Positions 35,397-42,935 of a stretch of 64,000 bases of DNA are shown here, in pieces. The stretch's first letter is position 1. Each line of letters starts with the position of its first letter. The notes beneath the pieces were generated by a model, which saw nothing but the letters and a program-made list of their open reading frames with translations, had not been told where the DNA came from and did no database searches. The stretch spans positions 2,099 to 66,098 of the forward strand of contig JABHYO010000087.1 of assembly GCA_018656865.1 (NCBI GenBank). Direction: 5' to 3'. A program made the position numbers and the translations under genes. Source of the DNA: Gammaproteobacteria bacterium (GTDB taxonomy: Bacteria > Pseudomonadota > Gammaproteobacteria > Pseudomonadales > Azotimanducaceae).

Positions 35397-35554
35397 GTCA
35401 TCTTGTGTGGCCATGCAGTCATCCTGCGTGGCCATACAGTCATCCTGCGTGGCCATACAGTCACTCTGAGTGTTTACACAGTCATCCTGAGTGTTCACGC
35501 AGTCATCCTGAACCGAAGGTGAAGGATCTCGTGAAGGATCTGGTGAAGGGTTGT
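35397..35554. repeat. Tandem array: five full 21-bp units plus a sixth partial unit, then ~3 units of 12 bp; related to repeat family B
   Basis: Units gtcatcttgtgtggccatgca / gtcatcctgcgtggccataca (x2) / gtcactctgagtgtttacaca / gtcatcctgagtgttcacgca at 35397-35501, then gtcatcctgaaccgaag. GTGAAGGATCTC / GTGAAGGATCTG / GTGAAGGG follow at 35519-35550. Confidence 0.9.
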
Positions 35555-35555
35555 A

Positions 35556-36566
35556 TCAGCGACACTTACCGTAAATTTTCTTCTGTAGGTGCTTTTCGTC
35601 GGCGACAAGGCGAAAGAATTTGTCCAGATACTTCGACATATTCTTTCGCGTCCTTTCTCGAATCCGTTCATTGAGAAAAGTCTCATAGAGTTGATCTCGG
35701 TTCGCCTGGATATGCGCGAGGGTGGAAGGCACAACATCATTGTTATCACAGTGGCCGCGATAGAGTCGCTGAATCACCTTTTTAATACCGAGATTGGGAG
35801 GAGGGATCGCGTAAATGGTGTTGATAATTCCGGCCAGATCGAAATCGTAGGGTACGGGGATGTACTTTCCGTCTTTGTTCAATAGTTTGGCATTGTGACA
35901 GCAGGGTTCATCGGCTTCTCCTGTGATGTGAGAAAAGTCGGCATTGCCGATAAGAAACTGATACATGACGGCAAGGTTGCTCTCTGCCTTGGCAAGGTTC
36001 TGCTGCGATATGCGATTGTCTCGTACCCGTTTAAGTCCCAGGCGTTTTGCCATCCTGCTTTTGTCTTCGATGAAGAAAGCATACGCCATCCAGGAGTAGT
36101 CGTTGGGGCCAGTATCAATGTAGGTTGTTCCGGCTAGTCGCGTGCGAAAACTGTTGTCCGTCAGTACCTCGTAGGCACGATAAATTGCGTATTCCTGTAG
36201 CAGGTAGTCCTGATAGCGACCCCCTTTGCGCCAGCATTGGTTGACCAGCTTCAGTTTTTTCTGTTTAGCGAATAGGCCATCCTTTGGCTTTTTCGGGAAG
36301 ATGATACGGAGCCCTGGTACTTTACAATTCCGTAGGCGGGAGTTGCCGCGAACTTCCAGCAGGATGTCGATGGGGTTTGAGTCACCTTGGACTAATCGAC
36401 CTGGATACTGCTTTGACTTGTCCTTCTCATCGAACATTGTTTTGAAGTCTGCGGCGATACTGATCGTTAGTAGATCGCGTTTTTCAAACAAAGGGTCTGC
36501 GACGGTAGAACCTGCAGCCACAATGATAGAAACAAAGACAAGAAGCCTGAAGATTGGGAAGTTCAT
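35556..36566 (-). CDS. Exported hypothetical protein (possible CotH-like fold)
   Basis: Signal peptide MNFPIFRLLVFVSIIVAAGS. LIGNADFS...CCHNAKLL...IPVPYDFDLAG resembles the GN.D / N / DxD layout of CotH-type atypical kinases. Weak call. Confidence 0.5.
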   Translation of the reverse strand: MNFPIFRLLVFVSIIVAAGSTVADPLFEKRDLLTISIAADFKTMFDEKDKSKQYPGRLVQGDSNPIDILLEVRGNSRLRNCKVPGLRIIFPKKPKDGLFAKQKKLKLVNQCWRKGGRYQDYLLQEYAIYRAYEVLTDNSFRTRLAGTTYIDTGPNDYSWMAYAFFIEDKSRMAKRLGLKRVRDNRISQQNLAKAESNLAVMYQFLIGNADFSHITGEADEPCCHNAKLLNKDGKYIPVPYDFDLAGIINTIYAIPPPNLGIKKVIQRLYRGHCDNNDVVPSTLAHIQANRDQLYETFLNERIRERTRKNMSKYLDKFFRLVADEKHLQKKIYGKCR

Positions 36567-36646
36567 AGTGTTTCATGATTCCACGCCAGCAGCCTGCAAT
36601 CAACAGGGCCCAATAGTGCATATTTTTTAGGGCGCGGAGATAGCGT

Positions 36647-37099
36647 ATGCTCAATATTATGATCAGAACGATAATGTTGGCTGCCTTGCTGGGCAGCACT
36701 CACTTGTATGCTGCCATTGAAGTCCAGGGCAGTGGTGTGTGTGGTCCGCTTTTGGGAACTCTGAAAACCAGATGGTCAGATGTAAGAAACCATATGCTGC
36801 CTTTTGGCTTAAAACTGAAGACCCCGAAGAGAGAAGACTTTGTCTGCGTCAATCGAAATGCAATTCGACAGAGTATAGAAAAACGTATCTTCACAGATGC
36901 AAACATCCGTTGTTTTAGCGCTAACCTTTCAAGCGGATTGGGTGTCTGCTGCGATAAAAATTTGAATTTTTGTGCGCAACTAAATCCGGGGTTGTTTCCC
37001 GATCTCAACAAGAAAACGGGCAAAGACAAGCCCTATGAACCACCTAAGTCAAAGTGGGTGCGGCCACCTTCTAACGGAGATCAGTGGCAGAGCAATTGA
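36647..37099 (+). CDS. Small exported Cys-rich hypothetical protein
   Basis: Signal peptide IMLAALLGSTHLYAA. Six Cys in the mature part. No family recognised. Divergent from 35556-36566. Confidence 0.4.
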   Translation: MLNIMIRTIMLAALLGSTHLYAAIEVQGSGVCGPLLGTLKTRWSDVRNHMLPFGLKLKTPKREDFVCVNRNAIRQSIEKRIFTDANIRCFSANLSSGLGVCCDKNLNFCAQLNPGLFPDLNKKTGKDKPYEPPKSKWVRPPSNGDQWQSN

Positions 37100-37112
37100 C
37101 TGAAGCCCTGGG

Positions 37113-38963
37113 TTAGGGCGTATACCAGATAGGAGAGGTGTAAGCCCTGTCCTGAATGGTCCTCGGCACTTCATCATCGAGTGTCAGTTTGAAATAGGCT
37201 GCATCGTAAGTGGTCCACCGTGGTGTAGGTATCTCAAGAACCCGAGCGTAGTAAAACGCCCGCGCATCGGGATCAAAGTCAGGGTCCTGCCAGAATGCAG
37301 TCAGCTGCGGTGCGCCGATAGTGTTCTGGTAGGTCGCACTTGCAACGTCGACGGTGTTTCCAACAGCAGACAGCTTACCGGTAGTTTTGTCAGGTAATCG
37401 ATCTCCCGACCACGCTACGTCGTAAACCTTTTCCTGCAGTTTGCCATCGGCATTTAACCAGCCTTTTATAATCTGAACACGATCGAGGTTGGCACCATTA
37501 GGGTCCTTTGTCGCGACCAGTAGAAATCTTGTTGATTTTCCTTCAGGGGCAGCAGTCAGATCACCACCCATGGGAACACCGGAACCGTAGGCGACATCCA
37601 ACAGCCCGCGACCGTGAAGATCACTTTCCTCATAGTTCCAGCCAGCGAAAAAGCGAACACCAATTCGCGAGCCCGTTGTGGCATACACTTCTCGACGTTT
37701 GAACGCCTCGAAAATGGCCTCCCTGGTATTCTCTTCGGCCCAAACGGCAGCGTAACCTGATGCGACTATCCTCCAGTTCTTCCAGAGACGGTCGAGAGCC
37801 ATGGCATTTTCCAGACGCCCTGGTCCGGGTTCCGACTCTGGAAACTTGCCAAAGAAATTATCTTCTTCTGACGTGGACAGGGAGTTGTGCCCGTCTGTAC
37901 TGCCAATCAGTCCAACTTTGAAAGGATTAACGCCCAGTTCTTTCTCGTACTGCAACCCAAGTTTCAGGGCGCCGCGGGCATACTCGTGTTTGAGCATCCA
38001 GTCTTTTTTGGCCTCAGTCCGGCCGATGTTGTCCCAGTCCCAGGTCTCGAAGTCAGCAAACTCGTCATCCGGTGAAAGTGTGGGGTGGGCTTCCCCGTCC
38101 CCTTTTACCTGCGTTACCTCGTAAATAGTTTCGTACTTGGCTCGCAACGAGGCGTAGTCTTGGTCGATTGGTTTGCCGTCGACAGCCTTGTCAGGAAACA
38201 TCATGCCGTTTGAGAGGTTTCCATTGTGTGCGATTGACAGAACCTCTCCGCCGGTTGCTTTCTCGTATCTTGCCAGTGCCTGCCACAGATCCCTGGGGTC
38301 CCGGCTTTCCTGCGCCGAGAAAGGCGGCAACTGACCAGCTTTGTCGGCACCGTCCTTGTAGACCACGACCCGATGGAGGTTGTTGCTATTGATCATCGAC
38401 GTCCATTCGTAGCCTGAAAAAGCAGTAAAGACACCTGGCCGATTGTGTTGGTCGGCTATACGGGTGACATCCTGCCAGATAGTTCGTTGTGTCGACTTCG
38501 GCAGGGGCGGGTTACTTTTGGGGTCCTGCATGCTGCCGGTGAATGCAGCGAAGAATTTGGCGAACTCTCCCTCATCGAGAAACTTCTGCCACAGTTTGCC
38601 TACGTTGGATCTAACAATCAGCGGATCTTTAACGCTAAAGCGATAGAAAGCACCGAGATATTCGGCATGGTCACTGATCACCAGGAAATCCAGCGGTTCT
38701 CTCAGTTGCACCTTCATGCCGTTGTGAGCCGTTACCGGCTCACCCTGGGCAAACCGATAAGCATCAGCAGGAGCCAGGTTGAGATTGCCCATGGTCCAGG
38801 CATCTGCCGAGTTACGCGTATGCAGGTGGGTATCACCGAAGTAAACGTTTTTCGGATAGTCCTGCCCTACAGATTTGGAATAATTATCCTCTGCGGCAAC
38901 GCAAGGTGCGATACCGCAGAGAATGAGTCCCAATAATTTCAATGTGAATCGGGGTGTTTGCAA
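37113..38963 (-). CDS. Exported DUF3604-family (PHP-like metal-dependent) protein
   Basis: Signal peptide. YFGDTHLHTRNSADA near the N-terminus is the DUF3604 hallmark as I recall it. Confidence 0.7.
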   Translation of the reverse strand: MQTPRFTLKLLGLILCGIAPCVAAEDNYSKSVGQDYPKNVYFGDTHLHTRNSADAWTMGNLNLAPADAYRFAQGEPVTAHNGMKVQLREPLDFLVISDHAEYLGAFYRFSVKDPLIVRSNVGKLWQKFLDEGEFAKFFAAFTGSMQDPKSNPPLPKSTQRTIWQDVTRIADQHNRPGVFTAFSGYEWTSMINSNNLHRVVVYKDGADKAGQLPPFSAQESRDPRDLWQALARYEKATGGEVLSIAHNGNLSNGMMFPDKAVDGKPIDQDYASLRAKYETIYEVTQVKGDGEAHPTLSPDDEFADFETWDWDNIGRTEAKKDWMLKHEYARGALKLGLQYEKELGVNPFKVGLIGSTDGHNSLSTSEEDNFFGKFPESEPGPGRLENAMALDRLWKNWRIVASGYAAVWAEENTREAIFEAFKRREVYATTGSRIGVRFFAGWNYEESDLHGRGLLDVAYGSGVPMGGDLTAAPEGKSTRFLLVATKDPNGANLDRVQIIKGWLNADGKLQEKVYDVAWSGDRLPDKTTGKLSAVGNTVDVASATYQNTIGAPQLTAFWQDPDFDPDARAFYYARVLEIPTPRWTTYDAAYFKLTLDDEVPRTIQDRAYTSPIWYTP

Positions 38964-39140
38964 GACAGAACCTCCAAGTTAGTCATAGAACAGAGCTTAC
39001 AGTAATTTGGAATGAGGCGGAGATTTCCACGCCGTGTGTATGGGTATGTGTAACGGTTCAGGTTTGGAATACCACTGACCCTGAGAAACAGGTAGGCTGA
39101 GACAAGTTTTGATTTCACTCAATTAAAAGGAGACGTCGTG

Positions 39141-39533
39141 ATGCTTAGTCACGTAATGATTGGTTCAAACGATATTGAAAAAACAAAAAAATTTTACAAT
39201 GCCGCTCTCGGGGTTTTAGGTGCAGGAGAGGCCATGGAGCATGTGAACGATACAGGGCAGACCCGTCTTTTCTACATGCATGAAGGCTCTACCTTCTGTA
39301 TCAGTGAACCGATTAATGGTGAGCCTGCCGGCGCCGCCAATGGCGCGACGATTGGCTTTCTCTGCGATTCTCCTGAGCAAGTGAAGGAATTTCACGATGT
39401 TGCTGTCGCCAATGGCGGCACTAGCGTGGAAGACCCACCAGGTCCGCGCGAAGGCAACATGGGTGTGATGCACCTGTGCTACTTTTTGGATCCAGACGGC
39501 CACAAGATCTGTGGTGTTCATCGACCTAGCTGA
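39141..39533 (+). CDS. VOC/glyoxalase-family protein
   Basis: MLSHVMIGSNDIEKTKKFYNAALGVLG and C-terminal YFLDPDGHKI are typical VOC-fold motifs. Confidence 0.75.
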   Translation: MLSHVMIGSNDIEKTKKFYNAALGVLGAGEAMEHVNDTGQTRLFYMHEGSTFCISEPINGEPAGAANGATIGFLCDSPEQVKEFHDVAVANGGTSVEDPPGPREGNMGVMHLCYFLDPDGHKICGVHRPS

Positions 39534-39602
39534 GTTCGAGGAAATGACATTTCGCATCGTCCCGGATCAACGCCTAGCTGGATGTTGTGTGCTTACCGAG
39601 CC

Positions 39603-40010
39603 ATGCAAATAGAAAGAGTAGTGATATTCGACGGTGTCTGCAATTTTTGCAGCGGTGCCGTCGATTTCATTATCAATCGCGACCCCCAGGCTAAATTCCG
39701 GTTTGCGCCCAATCAGAGCAATGCGGGGCAAATTCTCATGGAAAGACATCAAATCCAGGATCTTAGCGATGAGACTTTGATGCTAATCGAAGGCGATACC
39801 TACAAACTTCGCACAGAGGCCGCACTTGCGATCGCGGCAGAACTAAAATGGCCTTGGCCGTTGTTTACTGTGTTTCTGTTGCTCCCGGTAACTTTTCGCG
39901 ATTATTTTTATCGTGTTTTCGCCAGAAATCGATATCGACTATTCGGCAAAAAAAATGCATGTATGGTCCCCAGTGCAGATGTAAGGAACAGATTCCTTGA
40001 CGACACTTAA
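39603..40010 (+). CDS. Thiol-disulfide oxidoreductase DCC family (DUF393)
   Basis: VVIFDGVCNFCSGAVDFIINRD (DxxCxxC). Confidence 0.75.
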   Translation: MQIERVVIFDGVCNFCSGAVDFIINRDPQAKFRFAPNQSNAGQILMERHQIQDLSDETLMLIEGDTYKLRTEAALAIAAELKWPWPLFTVFLLLPVTFRDYFYRVFARNRYRLFGKKNACMVPSADVRNRFLDDT

Positions 40011-40011
40011 C

Positions 40012-40476
40012 ATGCAGCGTCCACACACTTCTATTTCGATTGCTAACAAAATCAAGTCTGCGGATCTTATTCACTCTATATTTCAATCCGCATATCGTGT
40101 TGAGGCAGATCTAATCGGTGTTCAGTCTTTCCCCCCACTGGAACGGAAAGTGTCTGAAATTCGTGCAAGCGAAAATACTTTCTACGCTGCAATGCAAGAT
40201 GACACCTGCTTGGGAATAATGGAAATCGAAAAGTCGAAAGAAACTACGGTAATTGTTTCCCTTGCAGTACGGCCTTTTCATTCGAGGCAGGGTGTCGGTC
40301 GGCTTCTTGTTCAGTTCATCTTGGAGCAAAACTCATCAGTCGTGGTTACAACGGCCGAGAAAAACTTGCCAGCCATAAACCTCTATGAAAAATTAGGGTT
40401 TACGAAAACTAATGAATTTTCTACTTCCGAAGGGATACGAATGGTTGAGCTAGAGGCTCGTCTGCCAACTAGTTAG
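40012..40476 (+). CDS. GNAT family N-acetyltransferase
   Basis: LAVRPFHSRQGVGRLLVQFIL acetyl-CoA pocket and ...AINLYEKLGF. ATG lies 1 nt after the preceding stop. Confidence 0.75.
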   Translation: MQRPHTSISIANKIKSADLIHSIFQSAYRVEADLIGVQSFPPLERKVSEIRASENTFYAAMQDDTCLGIMEIEKSKETTVIVSLAVRPFHSRQGVGRLLVQFILEQNSSVVVTTAEKNLPAINLYEKLGFTKTNEFSTSEGIRMVELEARLPTS

Positions 40477-40492
40477 AAGAGGCTTCACATAT

Positions 40493-40692
40493 CTACGGTT
40501 CCCGTTTTGTTTCGCGAACCCTATGGATCTCCCGTGCGACGGAACTCTTCGAGTTCCTGCATTTACATTTTCTTCGAAAATGTCTTACCGTTCGGCGGTT
40601 CGAGAACGGCGGCCTCCGAAATGCAGAGCATTTCTACGGTCCCGCTTTTGCGAAGCAAAAGCTCTAGATCTCCCGCTTTCGGCGGTTCGATC
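40493..40692. repeat. Degenerate duplication packed with TTCGAA-centred hairpins (non-coding)
   Basis: Hairpins: GGAACTC-TTC-GAGTTCC 40541-40557; ACATTTTC-TTC-GAAAATGT 40565-40583; CCGTTC...GAACGG ~40589-40610; GCTTTTGC-GAA-GCAAAAGC ~40643-40661. Direct repeats TCTACGGT(T)CCCG, GATCTCCCG and TTCGGCGGTTCGA each occur twice. Confidence 0.55.
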
Positions 40693-40706
40693 GCTGTTCG
40701 CACAAA

Positions 40707-40740
40707 TAAAAAAGGGCACCTATTCGGTACCCCTTTTTTA
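40707..40740. terminator. Bidirectional rho-independent terminator (serves tRNA-Ala on the minus strand)
   Basis: AAAAAAGGGCACC-TATTC-GGTACCCCTTTTTT: a GC stem with one mismatch, flanked by A6 and T6. It abuts the tRNA 3' end. Confidence 0.6.
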
Positions 40741-40742
40741 TT

Positions 40743-40818
40743 TGGTGGAGCTACGCGGGATCGAACCGCGGACCTTTTGACTGCCAGTCAAACGCTCTCC
40801 CAGCTGAGCTATAGCCCC
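40743..40818 (-). tRNA. tRNA-Ala (anticodon GGC), CCA encoded
   Basis: The reverse complement folds as a 76-nt cloverleaf: acceptor GGGGCTA/TAGCTCC with G3:U70, D arm GCTC-AGCTGGGA-GAGC, anticodon arm TTTGA-CTGGCAG-TCAAA, T arm CGCGG-TTCGATC-CCGCG, ACCA end. Confidence 0.92.
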
Positions 40819-41113
40819 AAAATCAAAAATCGATCTCCAATGTAGTGTACCTGTTACTTGCTGTCGTGCGCGATCGCAACGGCGCCCGCCCGGCCCCGCT
40901 AAGCTAGAGCCCCACATCTGGAAGGGAGCGAATGGTACTTCGTATTCCAATTTCGTTCAAGAAAAGCAGGGCTTCCGGCTTGTCTATCGCCTTCAGCATG
41001 CGTTTCAATGCGAATTGCCGACCGGAAAGCTAAACCACATCGTAAACGGTTGTCATGGCAGTCAGATCGCACAGGTTTGTATATACTCTAACGCCTTTAG
41101 ACGGGGGTATTCC

Positions 41114-42055
41114 TTGGAAAGAGTGGAACTCGGCCGAACCGGCCTCATGGTTAGTCCTGCCGGTCTTGGGTGCGGTGGTTATAGTCGTCTCGGCATGCTG
41201 AAAGGCGGTGATGAGGCCGCTGCAGAAGCGGTAGTCCGTCATGCGCTTGAGTTGGACGTCAACTTTTTTGATACCGCGCCAGCTTATGGTACGGAAGAGG
41301 TTGTCGGGCGAGCTTTGGCCGGCCGCCGTGATGATGTCGTGATCAGTAGTAAAACCATGTATAGGACAAGAGATGGGGAGTATCTGTCTGCTGATGATAT
41401 CTTGAAATCGATTGAGCAAAGCCTGGTGCGACTGAAGACAGACTATATCGATGTGTTCAGCCTGCATGGGGTGACCGATCGGCATCTTGATTACTGTCTT
41501 GAAAACCACCTGCCGCTACTGGAGCAGCAGAAAGCGCTTGGCAAAATTCGGCATCTAGGCATTACGGAGCACTTCATGGCGGAACCCGAGCACGACATGC
41601 TGATTCGGGCTCTTGAGGCGGACTGTTTCGATGTTGCGATGGTGGGATTCAACTTTCTCAATACGTCGGCTCGTGATTCAGTCTTCAGGCTTGCCCTTGA
41701 AAACAATATTGGTACACAGCTTATGCATGCGGTGAGAAGAGCCCTGGCCGATGCTGATGTACTACAAGGGATTTTGGTCGGGCTGATTGAAACTGGTGAG
41801 GTGGATGCTGCGGAGATCAATATCGACGACCCCCTGGATTTTGTCACCAGCCAGGAGGGTGTGGATTCTGTGACTGAGGCAGCATACCGCTACTGTCGTC
41901 ATGAACCCGGAGTGTCGGTCGTGCTAACGGGTACAGGCAGTCAGGATCACCTGGGGCAGAATGTTAAAGCGATCATGGCACAACCGCTGCCGGTTGAGTT
42001 GAAGGAAAGACTTGATACTGTCTTTGGGCGGGTTAGGTCGGTTTCAGGGGACTAG
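41114..42055 (+). CDS. Aldo/keto reductase
   Basis: (M)ERVELGRTGLMVSPAGLGCGG N-terminus, FFDTAPAYG, DVFSLHG. TTG start at 41114 is inferred from family N-termini; the ORF is open from 41015. Confidence 0.8.
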   Translation: MERVELGRTGLMVSPAGLGCGGYSRLGMLKGGDEAAAEAVVRHALELDVNFFDTAPAYGTEEVVGRALAGRRDDVVISSKTMYRTRDGEYLSADDILKSIEQSLVRLKTDYIDVFSLHGVTDRHLDYCLENHLPLLEQQKALGKIRHLGITEHFMAEPEHDMLIRALEADCFDVAMVGFNFLNTSARDSVFRLALENNIGTQLMHAVRRALADADVLQGILVGLIETGEVDAAEINIDDPLDFVTSQEGVDSVTEAAYRYCRHEPGVSVVLTGTGSQDHLGQNVKAIMAQPLPVELKERLDTVFGRVRSVSGD

Positions 42056-42081
42056 GCTTCAGCGTGACATTTTGCTGCACT

Positions 42082-42933
42082 TCAGGATGCCCCTTCAATT
42101 ATTGTTGCTCTTAAACCAGATGCCAGATCTTGCGGCGCCCGACCCAGCAGTTCTTCTGCGTCTGTGGTACTGAAGTTTTTGTCTTCGAGTAGTCTTCTTA
42201 GTTCATCCAGACCGATGGCTGGGATACGCGGCACAATCTGTGTCAGCAACCCGAGTAATGTTAGCAACAAGTAGGGGAAGGAGATTACACGGCAACGGGT
42301 ACCTTCGATTTCGATACAGAGTTCGATAAATTCCCGGTAGCTCACAGGTGACTTCCCGGCAAGTACGATGGTTTTATCCGTAGTGGATTCGTCATTGAGG
42401 CAGATGAGGAGGGCAGTCAATACATCGTCTGCATGGACGGGTTGGATAAGCGCCTTGCCATTCTCGGGCAGCGGAATCCATGGCGACAGTCTGGCTATCT
42501 TGAGGATACGTTCAATGTTGTTTAGCCCTGGTGCGCCGTAGATCATGGTCGGATGCAGGATGGTCGCCGGGATGTCACCCATCCGAATGACATGAGACAT
42601 GGCGGCGAGTCTGGCACATTTGTCGTCCGGGAAACGCGTATAGACGCGGGTGGAGCCCAGGGCGATGAGTCTGTCGATATTGGGTTTTCGGGTGAGAAGG
42701 CTGGTTAGAATCTCGGGGCGGGAGCAATGAATTAGAACGGTGCTGCCATCGCAAATGTCCAGCAGCCGGTCGGTGTCATTTGCATCGCATTCGGTCAGTG
42801 TGGCATTGCCGGTATCAGAGAGCCCGCGGCGGTTTCTGGCTACGCCGGTGATGGTCTTACCTTCGTCGCGCAGCTTCTCAAAGAGCATTCTGCCGGGTCC
42901 GCTGCTGGCCCCTATGATGACGATGCCGGTCAA
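42082..42933 (-). CDS. NAD(P)-binding Rossmann-fold protein (atypical SDR/NmrA-like)
   Basis: IVIIGASSGPGRMLFEKL dinucleotide-binding motif. Starts 2 nt after the ppc stop. Confidence 0.7.
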   Translation of the reverse strand: MTGIVIIGASSGPGRMLFEKLRDEGKTITGVARNRRGLSDTGNATLTECDANDTDRLLDICDGSTVLIHCSRPEILTSLLTRKPNIDRLIALGSTRVYTRFPDDKCARLAAMSHVIRMGDIPATILHPTMIYGAPGLNNIERILKIARLSPWIPLPENGKALIQPVHADDVLTALLICLNDESTTDKTIVLAGKSPVSYREFIELCIEIEGTRCRVISFPYLLLTLLGLLTQIVPRIPAIGLDELRRLLEDKNFSTTDAEELLGRAPQDLASGLRATIIEGAS

Positions 42934-42935
42934 GA

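Noticed and set aside
35369-35400. Direct repeat of the tRNA-Ala 3' end (att site) at the distal border of the putative islet
   Set aside because: I looked for GATCGAACCGCG/TGGTGGAGC-like sequence near 35.3-35.6 kb and saw none. The islet idea is therefore reported only as a low-interest inference.
35265-35674. ORFs on both strands through the 21-bp array (heptapeptide repeats MATQDDC / HPAWPYS)
   Set aside because: Their periodicity simply reflects the DNA repeat (21 = 7 codons). There is no start context, both strands are open, and the region sits between two convergent gene ends.
40507-40845. 112-aa and 85-aa plus-strand ORFs (40507-40845, 40523-40780)
   Set aside because: They read through the hairpin/repeat cluster, the terminator and the tRNA-Ala gene itself. 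They are not credible as coding sequence.
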